Assembly (NCBI GenBank): GCA_965204345.1
Contig: OZ241981.1
Span: 1,664,001 to 1,728,000 of the forward strand
Source of the DNA: Nitrosopumilus sp.
Lineage (GTDB): Archaea > Thermoproteota > Nitrososphaeria > Nitrososphaerales > Nitrosopumilaceae
DNA: 64,000 nt
Direction: 5' to 3'
Positions 10,399 through 18,816 of this stretch are shown here, one piece after another; position 1 is the first letter of the stretch; each line of letters begins with the position of its first letter. A program made the translations under genes and the position numbers. Under the pieces are notes generated by a model. It did not search any database. It had not been told where the DNA came from and saw nothing but the letters and a program-made list of their open reading frames with translations.

Positions 10399-10866
10399 AT
10401 GGCAAATGCATATCTTGTTGTTAGAATAAAAGGTCAGGCTGATTGTCCTTACTGGGCAACCCATACCATGATGCTCTTGCAGTTGGATAAAAAATATCGT
10501 GCTACTATTCTCCCTGCCAAGGAGAATACCTTGGGAATGCTACGCAAAGTACAGCATTACGTGTCCTGGATTGAGCTTGACTCTTCTTTGGCCAAGGAAC
10601 TAATTGACAAAAAAGCAAGAAAATCCGGCTATCAAAAAATTACTCCTGACGATCTAAAGGCGCTTGGATTTGCAAGTTCTGATGAATTAGCAACAGCTTT
10701 GGCTGATGGCAAAGCAACCTTGTCAAAATTAAAACCGCTAAAACCTTGGTTTGCCTTGGCTCCTCCAATTCATGGCTTTAAACGAAGCACCAAGAAACTT
10801 TATGGACAGAAAGGCATCCTTGGGCAAAATAAGGAGCTTGATACTATTGTAAGGAGAATGATTTAA
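10399..10866 (+). CDS. rpl30: 50S ribosomal protein L30
   Basis: LVVRIKG, GMLRKVQHYVSW, LAPPIHGF; operon position. Confidence 0.93.
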   Translation: MANAYLVVRIKGQADCPYWATHTMMLLQLDKKYRATILPAKENTLGMLRKVQHYVSWIELDSSLAKELIDKKARKSGYQKITPDDLKALGFASSDELATALADGKATLSKLKPLKPWFALAPPIHGFKRSTKKLYGQKGILGQNKELDTIVRRMI

Positions 10867-10867
10867 C

Positions 10868-11293
10868 ATGGCAAGCAGGTTGCGAAAAACTAGACGACTT
10901 AGAGGCGGACGACACATGGGGTGGGGACAGGTAGGTCAACATCGTGCAAGTGGTCATAAGGGCGGTCTAGGAATTACCGGTATGAAGAAACATCACAGAA
11001 GCACTATGATGAAAGAAGATCCAGACCATTATGGTCATGATATCCCTAAAACACCTCACCCAAATATTATAAAAAAATGGGCCAGTCTCCGAGATCTAGA
11101 TGACTTGTTTACAAAGTTCGGTAAAGAAGAAGAAGGAAAGAGGATTGTAGACCTTCAAAGTGCAGGATACGACAAGCTCCTTGGCGGCGGAAAAATAACT
11201 AATGCATATTCCGTCAAGGTTCAGCAATTCACAGCATCTGCAGAAGAAAAACTAAAGGCTGTCGGGGGAGAGGTGTTATCTGATAATGGTTGA
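10868..11293 (+). CDS. rpl15: 50S ribosomal protein L15
   Basis: RKTRRLRG...GWG...HRASGHKGG; KLLGGG; SAEEKLKAVGG. Confidence 0.93.
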   Translation: MASRLRKTRRLRGGRHMGWGQVGQHRASGHKGGLGITGMKKHHRSTMMKEDPDHYGHDIPKTPHPNIIKKWASLRDLDDLFTKFGKEEEGKRIVDLQSAGYDKLLGGGKITNAYSVKVQQFTASAEEKLKAVGGEVLSDNG

Positions 11294-12719
11294 GGGTACA
11301 TTAACTACCACAATTCGAAAAATCGTTTTTAAAGCAGAGCCCTACCTGCCTCAGGTACCAAAACCTAAAAAGAAAATCGCCCTTCAGACCAGATTGCTTT
11401 GGTGTGGTATTGCGCTACTCATTTACATGATAATGGGTCAGACTCCGTTATTTGGGGCCAGCGCACCGGCATTTGACTTTCTTGCGTTTGCAAGGGTTAT
11501 CTTTGCGTCTCAACAGGGCACCCTAGTCGAATTAGGGATTGGGCCGATAGTCACGGCTGGACTTTTGATGCAGCTGTTGAGGGGCTCGGATATTCTCAAA
11601 TTTGATTTTAAGAAACCTGAGGAGAGAGGAATATTTCAAACTGCCACCAAGTTAGTGACCTATGTTGTTATTGTAGCTGAGTCTATTGTATATGCCATAG
11701 CAGTTTATGGTCCTGGCATTGCAGATCCGTACGTTCTATACGTGATGATCGGCCAGCTGATGGCCGCCTCAATTATGATCATGTTCCTAGATGAGCTAAT
11801 TCAGAAGGGCTGGGGTCTGGGAAGTGGGATCAGTCTTTTCATCATGGCCGGTGTAGCCCAGCAGATTCTTTGGAGTATGTTTAGCCCGCTGCCTGCCGGT
11901 GATGGCGGCATGATTGGCATTATTCCGTATATTGCACAGTCTTTGACCGGTGATGGGGATATTGCAAATACCCTCTTCCGTTCCAATCAATTGCCGAGTA
12001 TCTTTGGACTGTGTCTTACTGCAGGAATCTTGCTAATTCTTGTATTTACACAAGGCATGAAGATTGAAATCCCAATAGTCTCTACAAAATACAGAGGCTT
12101 TTCTGCCGTTTATCCAATCAAGCTGATGTATGTTTCTAACATCCCTGTAATCCTAGCTTCTGCATTAACTGCAAATGCCGTGTTTATATTCCAAATGATG
12201 TGGGCAAATCTGAACCCGCGGAATAATGATTTCTTTATGAATTTTATAGCTCAATTTGACCCGACAAGTCCTTCTACGCCTATTGGTGGACTTATTTACT
12301 TTATCACTCCGCCTAGGGGTCTAGATATAGCAGCTCAGGATCCGATGCGGGCAGTGGGATATGTGTTATTTATGATTGGTATTGTGGTCGTATTTGGCAG
12401 ATTGTGGGTTGAGCTTGGCGGTTTATCCCCAAAGAGTGCAGCTCAGAACCTGCTTGATGCAGATGTACAAATTCCCGGATTTAGAAGATCAAACAAACCA
12501 GTTGAGGCAATGCTAAACAAGTACATTCCATCTGTTACGATTATTGGCTCTATGATATTGGGCCTTCTTGCAGGAGTATCTGATGTTCTTGGAGTCTTTG
12601 GTTCTGGAATTGGCGTTTTGCTTATGGTTGATATTCTCATTAACTACTACACACAGCTAGTCAGGGAACAGGTTGAGGTTGCTATGCCGCGTTTAGGTGC
12701 TTTGCTTGGCAGAAAATAA
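11286..12719 (+). CDS. secY: Preprotein translocase subunit SecY
   Basis: Multi-TM; ELGIGPIVTAG, KGWGLGSGISLFI, YPIKLMYVSNIP, QIPGFRR. Confidence 0.97.
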   Translation: MVEGTLTTTIRKIVFKAEPYLPQVPKPKKKIALQTRLLWCGIALLIYMIMGQTPLFGASAPAFDFLAFARVIFASQQGTLVELGIGPIVTAGLLMQLLRGSDILKFDFKKPEERGIFQTATKLVTYVVIVAESIVYAIAVYGPGIADPYVLYVMIGQLMAASIMIMFLDELIQKGWGLGSGISLFIMAGVAQQILWSMFSPLPAGDGGMIGIIPYIAQSLTGDGDIANTLFRSNQLPSIFGLCLTAGILLILVFTQGMKIEIPIVSTKYRGFSAVYPIKLMYVSNIPVILASALTANAVFIFQMMWANLNPRNNDFFMNFIAQFDPTSPSTPIGGLIYFITPPRGLDIAAQDPMRAVGYVLFMIGIVVVFGRLWVELGGLSPKSAAQNLLDADVQIPGFRRSNKPVEAMLNKYIPSVTIIGSMILGLLAGVSDVLGVFGSGIGVLLMVDILINYYTQLVREQVEVAMPRLGALLGRK

Positions 12720-13284
12720 GAAAATTGTAATGATTGGTATTCCCGGGGTTGGAAAAACCACTCTGCTGTCTCAAATTGTCGAAATTCTAAAAAACCATGC
12801 AAAAAATGTCAGCATGATTAGTTATGGCACCCTGATGTTTGAGGTTGCAAAAGAAAACGGTCTTACAGACCGAGACGAGCTTCGAAAGTTACCCGTAGTG
12901 GAACAACAGCGTCTTCAGAAGGTTGCAGCAGAAAAAATCGCAGCCCATACTGAAGAAATTGTAATCATTGACACTCACGCCTTTATCAGTTCTCCTGAAG
13001 GCTACTATCCGGGATTGCCTGAGCATGTTCTGAAAATAATCCAGCCCACAAATTTTGTATCAGTATCTGCAAAACCCGAGGAAATCTACAACAGAAGGAT
13101 GAAGGATACCACCAGAAACCGAGATAAGATCACTCTGGCTAACATTAAAAAGGAATTAGATGTTCAATCAGGCATGATTTCTGCATGTTCTGTAATCACC
13201 GGTGCCCCTGTAAGGCTTGTTTTAAACGGTGAGGGAAAGGTTGATGAAGCGGCTGATAAAATCATAAGTGCAATAGGACTGTAA
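12706..13284 (+). CDS. adk: Adenylate kinase (archaeal)
   Basis: GIPGVGKTT, DRDELRKL, IIDTH, GYYPGLP; follows secY. Confidence 0.93.
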   Translation: MAENKKIVMIGIPGVGKTTLLSQIVEILKNHAKNVSMISYGTLMFEVAKENGLTDRDELRKLPVVEQQRLQKVAAEKIAAHTEEIVIIDTHAFISSPEGYYPGLPEHVLKIIQPTNFVSVSAKPEEIYNRRMKDTTRNRDKITLANIKKELDVQSGMISACSVITGAPVRLVLNGEGKVDEAADKIISAIGL

Positions 13285-13287
13285 AAA

Positions 13288-13911
13288 ATGGATTTTAATT
13301 TTATTCTGCTTTTCATTGATTCTATCCCCCTACAGTTTGATCTCTTTGGAGATGAGAGACAAGCCTTGGGCAGCGATGATCCCATCGTTAAGGGATTGGT
13401 TCTTTCAATGTTTGCAGTGTCTGGGTTTGGTATTTTACTAAACATCTTTAATTCGGCGGTAAGAAAAAAGATGGTTGACCAAGTCAAACTAAAGCGTATT
13501 ATGAAAGAGACTCGCGGATGGCAAAAGGAAAGAATGTCTGCAATGAGGGCAAAGGATCAAGCCAAGATTGCAGAGCTTGGAAAAAAGTCATCCTACATGA
13601 ACAAAATGTCAATGGAGATGATGCAGATGAACATGCGTCCAATGATGATTACTTTTATTCCCCTGATTTTGATATTCTATCTTGTGCTGCCGCAATTGTT
13701 TGCTTACACTGTTGCAATATCCCCAATACCTCTAAATGTAATTCCTGGAGAGCTGTTCCAACTGACGTGTACGGCAGAACAAGCAGCAGATCCTGATCAT
13801 GTTTGCACTGAAGAAAACGCATTATACCTTTGGGCCTGGTACTTTCTTTCATCTATTGCATTTAGTGGCATAATCATGAGAATCACAAAAACCTCGATGG
13901 ATCTCAGTTGA
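13288..13911 (+). CDS. DUF106 / EMC3-TMCO1 (Oxa1 superfamily) membrane insertase
   Basis: TM + coiled coil + MRPMMITFIP + WYFLSS; standard position after adk. Confidence 0.88.
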   Translation: MDFNFILLFIDSIPLQFDLFGDERQALGSDDPIVKGLVLSMFAVSGFGILLNIFNSAVRKKMVDQVKLKRIMKETRGWQKERMSAMRAKDQAKIAELGKKSSYMNKMSMEMMQMNMRPMMITFIPLILIFYLVLPQLFAYTVAISPIPLNVIPGELFQLTCTAEQAADPDHVCTEENALYLWAWYFLSSIAFSGIIMRITKTSMDLS

Positions 13912-14468
13912 CAAAGTCCATCATTGTCTCTGGTCCTCCTGCAGTGGGAAAGACTACTGTTGCCAAAGGACTGGCAGAAGAATTCCAGATGCAGTACCTT
14001 AGTGGCGGGGATGTTCTCAAGGAGGTGGCAAATGAACATGGGTTTGATTCCAAAGGCGATGACTGGTGGGATACCCCGGAGGGAATGAAGTTTCTTAATC
14101 AGCGTGAGGAAAATTCCGAGTTTGATAGGCAGCTAGACGAAAAACTAATTGCCCTTTTTAATCAAGGCGGAATGGTGATAACCAGCTATACCCTGCCATG
14201 GCTAATCCGGGATGGGATAAGAATCTGGTTGGAGGGCTCGCATGAAAGCAGCACTAAAAGAATGCAGACAAGGGACAACATGAGCCCTGAAGATGCATAT
14301 GAAATCACAAAAGAACGATTTGATAAGAACAAGGACCTCTACAAAAAATTATATGATTTTGATTTTGGCGAGGACAAGTCCGTATTTGATTTAATCATAA
14401 ATACAGATAATCTGACTGCACAGCAGGTAATTGATGTTGCAAAGGAGACTGTGAGAAAACTGCTATGA
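13908..14468 (+). CDS. cmk: Cytidylate kinase
   Basis: SGPPAVGKTT P-loop; FDLIINTD; standard position. Confidence 0.88.
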   Translation: MTKSIIVSGPPAVGKTTVAKGLAEEFQMQYLSGGDVLKEVANEHGFDSKGDDWWDTPEGMKFLNQREENSEFDRQLDEKLIALFNQGGMVITSYTLPWLIRDGIRIWLEGSHESSTKRMQTRDNMSPEDAYEITKERFDKNKDLYKKLYDFDFGEDKSVFDLIINTDNLTAQQVIDVAKETVRKLL

Positions 14469-15466
14469 CACTGCAGCAGCTTGAAAATCTGCTTGAGATT
14501 GATCAGGACATTACTGATGATGCCTATGGAACATATTATGACAAAAGAACAATCGAACAGCTGTTTAATTACGGAATTATTCTCTTGGACAAGCCTCCAG
14601 GTCCTACAAGTCATGAAACCGTTGCCTGGACCAAGCGGCTACTGAAACTACCAAAAATTGGTCATAGTGGAACATTGGATCCCCAGGTGTCCGGTGTCCT
14701 GCCTTTGGGATTGGGCGAGTCAACCAAAGCATTGGGTGTTCTGCTTTATGGCCCAAAAGAATACCATGCATTGGGACGCATACATTCCCTTCCTCCTAAA
14801 GAAAAACTATACGAAACTGTAAAAATGTTTACTGGTGAGATTTTTCAAAAACCCCCACAGCGCTCTGCTGTACTAAGGCAAACTAGAACCAGGACCATTT
14901 ATGAGTTTGAAGTCATAGAGCAAAAAGAAAGACTGCTCCTGACTAGAATCCTATGTGAAGCCGGAACTTACATTCGTAAGCTTTACTATGACATAGGGGA
15001 GGTTTTGGGTCCTGGCGCAACTATGATTGAACTTAGGCGAACTAGGGTGGATCAGTTCCATGAGTCTGACGGTTTGGTAACTCTGCATGAACTTGCAGAT
15101 GCATTTGCGCTGTGGGACGAGAAAAAAGATGACAGCAAGCTGATGAAAATGATCAAGCCAGTCGAACACGCTTTAAGTGAATTAAAATCCGTGGTAATAC
15201 GTGATTCTGCTGTAGATGCAATGTGTCATGGCGCACAGCTTGCAATTCCAGGCGTTTTAAAAATTTCTCCCAGCATGAAAAAGGGTGATATTGTTGGAAT
15301 TTATACACAAAAAGGAGAAGCAGTAGCTCTTGCCGAGTCAACAATGTCTGAGCAGGAAATTCGTGATGCAACAAAGGGATATGCCTTTGAGACAAAGAGA
15401 ATCATTATGGCTCCAAACACATATCCGAAAAAATGGAGAACAAAACCGACATCTCCAAAGGATTAA
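14465..15466 (+). CDS. cbf5: H/ACA RNA-guided pseudouridine synthase Cbf5
   Basis: LDKPPGPTSHE, GHSGTLDP, CEAGTYIRKL, PUA domain. Confidence 0.96.
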   Translation: MTLQQLENLLEIDQDITDDAYGTYYDKRTIEQLFNYGIILLDKPPGPTSHETVAWTKRLLKLPKIGHSGTLDPQVSGVLPLGLGESTKALGVLLYGPKEYHALGRIHSLPPKEKLYETVKMFTGEIFQKPPQRSAVLRQTRTRTIYEFEVIEQKERLLLTRILCEAGTYIRKLYYDIGEVLGPGATMIELRRTRVDQFHESDGLVTLHELADAFALWDEKKDDSKLMKMIKPVEHALSELKSVVIRDSAVDAMCHGAQLAIPGVLKISPSMKKGDIVGIYTQKGEAVALAESTMSEQEIRDATKGYAFETKRIIMAPNTYPKKWRTKPTSPKD

Positions 15467-15492
15467 AAAATAACAAAATTATTCTAAAAGAA

Positions 15493-15939
15493 TTGTTAGC
15501 ACAAAGCCTCGTAATTTTTATTGGAATTGGCGTAGTTGCAGGACTTGCATTTGGCGTATATTTGATTGATGTTAAAAATACCAGCCAGTTAGTTTTTGTT
15601 GATGGCTCTTCTATTTCCGTGGTTACTGAAAAATCTGATTTTAAAAAGGGTGAGACAATAAATATTCGCGTTGTAAATTCTGGAACCACCCCTATTGGTT
15701 TTTCTGACTCATCTTACGGCCTTCGAATTTCTGGCCTATCTGGAATCTTGATGTATGCTCCTGATTCTTCTGGGGTTCCTCCAATTTTGGATCCTGGGGA
15801 TGATGCTATTTTTTCATGGGATCAAATCAAAAATGACGGAGATGCGGCTCTTGAAGGCTTGTACAAAATTTCTGCCAAAGGCATGGATTCTACGGGCAAT
15901 AATGTGGAAAAATCCACCACTGTCACAATTTGGAAGTAA
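15493..15939 (+). CDS. Membrane-anchored hypothetical protein with Ig-like ectodomain
   Basis: N-terminal TM followed by a beta-rich domain (FSWDQ..DG...GLYKI). Confidence 0.7.
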   Translation: MLAQSLVIFIGIGVVAGLAFGVYLIDVKNTSQLVFVDGSSISVVTEKSDFKKGETINIRVVNSGTTPIGFSDSSYGLRISGLSGILMYAPDSSGVPPILDPGDDAIFSWDQIKNDGDAALEGLYKISAKGMDSTGNNVEKSTTVTIWK

Positions 15940-15999
15940 TTTTTGTTATTAACATAATTTATAATCAGATTTTCTCAAATATCGTTGTCGCAAGACTGT

Positions 16000-16100
16000 G
16001 CCGGGGTCGCCTAGCCTGGTAGGGCGCGCGCCTGGAAATAGTTAACCATAAAGCGCGTTCTCGCAAGGGAACGGGAGTTCAAATCTCCCTCCCGGCGCCA
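16000..16100 (+). tRNA. tRNA-Ser(GGA) with a 14-nt intron at 37/38 and encoded CCA
   Basis: Acceptor GCCGGGG/TCCCGGC, D-arm TAGCCTGGTAGGGC, anticodon stem CGCGC/GCGCG with CT-GGA-A, intron 16038-16051, long variable arm TTCTCGCAAGGGAA, T-arm GGGAGTTCAAATCTCCC, G discriminator plus CCA. Confidence 0.93.
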
Positions 16101-16147
16101 TTAAATTACTTTAAATTTATGCCATCGTAGGCATAAGCACTTCAAAC

Positions 16148-16181
16148 GACACTTGAGAATACATGACATAGAGTTTTCACT
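16148..16181 (+). repeat. Dispersed 34-bp motif (second copy at 36509-36542)
   Basis: GACACTTGAGAATACATGACATAGAGTTTTCACT vs GACACTTAAGAATACGTGACATAGAGTTTTCACT, 32/34. Confidence 0.85.
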
Positions 16182-16575
16182 GTTAAATTTACATGACACA
16201 GTTTTGCCTCAAAATCTAGCTCAGATACAGGTATTAAATTTACATGACATGGTTTTGAAGTTTGTAAATATACATTGAATCTATCATAATTGCCGCTTTA
16301 TTGGACAACGTATGATAAATTTCATTTCTTGACAGCAATTAAGATGTTATATTAAAGAGAACTTTGGGTGTTGACCTATATGTGATCTAATCGACTATGT
16401 CACAAGTCCTTGATCTTTTGCCAAACAAACATACAAGCCAGATACACGGTAAAGATTTGATAATATCATCTTATTTGCAAGTCTGATTTCTTTTCTGGGC
16501 TTTTCATTTTGAAGGCAAATCCAAATGACCAAACACTAGATCTGATGAACGAAAGTACAGTAATCATTAGTTTCT

Positions 16576-16661
16576 TTGTGTGTTTTACTCTATTTATTTA
16601 TCAAAATCAGTAATTTTATTCCTAAACTCCGTCGCTTTGATTCTTTCCTAGTTTATACACT
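16576..16661 (+). repeat. Dispersed ~85-bp non-coding segment (second copy at 61432-61516)
   Basis: Both begin TTGTGTGTTTTACTCTATTT and end TTCTTTCCTAGTTYATACACT. Confidence 0.8.
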
Positions 16662-16976
16662 ACACCAAACTCGAAATATTTTAGAATCTTTCATTTCAGA
16701 TTCCTAAAGATGTAACAGTGTATCTTGTAATACAGTCTTTACCTGACAGTGTCTGTGCATATCTCTGGTCTATTTTGGAATCTGATATGGAATCAAATTT
16801 GGATGAGGTATCTTTTATGACAGTTATCTTGTTTTGGTCAATGATCATGCATCTGCCTGGTGCAAACTTTTCAGCCATGTAAGATAAACTGCCACAAATA
16901 CAATTTAATGGATTTGGTATGTTTTGGTTATCTGATAACTGGAATTTGACAATTTATTGCCAAATACAACTACGGT

Positions 16977-18551
16977 TTACGGATCAGATATCCTTCCCAT
17001 AAACAAAATCGTACCGCTCTCATCATCTTGAATTATAAACAAAAACGGATGATCTGCAATAAATTGTGGAGGTGGAGGTGGTACACTTGTCATCGTCCCA
17101 ATGATACTTGTTACAGCAGCCGCTTCGGTTCCTTCCTCATTTACGTCTATAAACGTGTCCTGTGTTGCAGCACTCACGAATAGATTTCTTAGAGAAATAT
17201 CTGCAATTCCTCCAAGATCGGCCTTTTGTGAACTAAATGCATCTAACATTCCAAGACTCATTAGTGGCCCATTAAGAAAATATTTTTCAGTTATTTGGAA
17301 TTTTGGCATTGATACTTGAACTTGTTGTTTATGCAAGTTCTGCGTCCATTGTTTAATCTGTTCATGAGACATAGAGTCCTCAATCTGTTTTAGGCCATCT
17401 ATATCATCTGGCAAAATTACCAACATAGATATCATGTCGCCTTCGTATGACATTTTTAGTATCTGAGCATCATCTGATTTTGTATAGTTGAATACGCCTA
17501 GCATTCTCATAAAATCTGTATCTACAGAATCCTCGCTATTCTTCCAAAAGGTGGACTTTACGGTGTTCTCCTCAGGAAACTGTGTTGCCCATGTACCCTT
17601 AAAGTATATGGCGTTGTTGATTACCATTTTAGTAAGTTCGTTTACACTAGAAATATCAATTACTTCGTCAATCTTGCCGTTTGTGTTATCTGAGGCCCAC
17701 TGGTTATCTTTTTTACACCGTCACCTGGATCCAAAAAGTTTACCTTTTCTGCGGTGGAATGATATGTCTCTCGTGCCACAGAGGTATAGGAATCATATGG
17801 TTTAAACCAGTCTGCAATCCAAAGTGCGTTTGCCGTATTCAGTTCTATGTGCGGATCATCTCGGTTTATCGATGATATAAAATGTGACACAGAGTTGTGG
17901 CGTGCATCTCTGTCTGGTTCAAATCCAAAGACATCCTGCATTTCTTGTGCTGTGCTTTCTCTGGCACCCTCATACAATATTGAAAATGCCAGATACATGC
18001 TGACAGGTGAAAAGAATATGTTTTTAGGAGTGCCTGATATCTGCCTGTAAAAATCAATTGCAAACTTGTTGTTTGTAGCTGCAATACTGGTATCATCAGT
18101 TGCCTGCATCATTGTGGTACCAGTACCAGCATCATCAGTTGCCTGCATCATTGTGGTACCAGTACCAGTATCATCAGTTGCCTGCATCATTGTGGTGGAA
18201 CCATCATTCATAGCAACGGCATCATCGTCTGTTGAGGTGTTGTCGTTGTTGTTTGATATTGTTACGTTTTTGACATCATCTTTTTGAGATGTTTCTGGTG
18301 GGCATACCGTGGCATAGTCCCTATCTGCTAATTGCATGGCAGAATTACTAGTTACACAAACTGGCTTGTCTGCAGAAGTCACCATCAGAAGCTTGCCATC
18401 ATTGCACTGAATCATATCTATTGGTATGCCTGATTGGTATTGTTCCAATGGCGAGTCAGAGGATACAGCATATGCTGGCATCACCGCCACTATCATCATC
18501 GTCAATACGGTAACCAAAACCAAAAAATCCCGACATTGCAATTCCAGACAT
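16977..18551 (-). pseudogene. Secreted serpin (serine protease inhibitor) with two frameshifts
   Basis: NIFFSPVS, NAIYFKGTW, EEGTEAAAVT hinge, FIADHPFLF, LFMGRISDP. One base is missing near 17703 (adding it restores KKINQWASDNTNGKI); one extra base in the A6 run 18522-18527 disconnects ATG 18551. Confidence 0.88.
18092..18196 (-). repeat. 39-bp tandem repeat (~2.7 copies; TGTGTTMMQATDD) in the serpin linker
   Basis: ATCATCAGTTGCCTGCATCATTGTGGTACCAGTACCAG at 18092 and 18131, partial at 18170. Confidence 0.93.
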
Positions 18552-18611
18552 TGGATAACATGGATATGCCTTGTTATTAAAAATTATCAGCAGAGGTTCT
18601 GTCAAGTGTGG

Positions 18612-18773
18612 GGTTCTGGCAAATTCCGGTGTTCATGCCATAAATCATAGATTCAGGAATCTGTGGACTGTACTTTGAGATTTTTTGATGACTGGGTAAT
18701 TTTTTTAAGAAAATCATCTCTTGCAATTCGCTTTTAAATTCCAGTGATCAGATCATCAAAACTTGCCAGAATC
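18612..18773. mobile_element. Short IS6-like miniature element (~160 bp)
   Basis: Imperfect terminal inverted repeats GGTTCTGGCAAATT... / ...AACTTGCCAGAATC; last ~38 bp recur inside the 320-bp MITEs; a further end GGTTCTGTCAAGT at 18595. Confidence 0.6.
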
Positions 18774-18816
18774 CCTTTAGATATAGATTTTATACTGATT
18801 AATTCACATCAAGTTA

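Noticed and set aside
16078-16100. Duplicated tRNA 3' end (attR) bounding a tRNA-integrated element
   Set aside because: No second copy seen in the window.
17700-17712. Programmed ribosomal frameshift in the serpin (A AAA AAG-like sequence nearby)
   Set aside because: Serpin consensus (K.IN.W) places the lesion just after the run, and the gene has a second indel, so mutation or error is simpler; not fully excluded.
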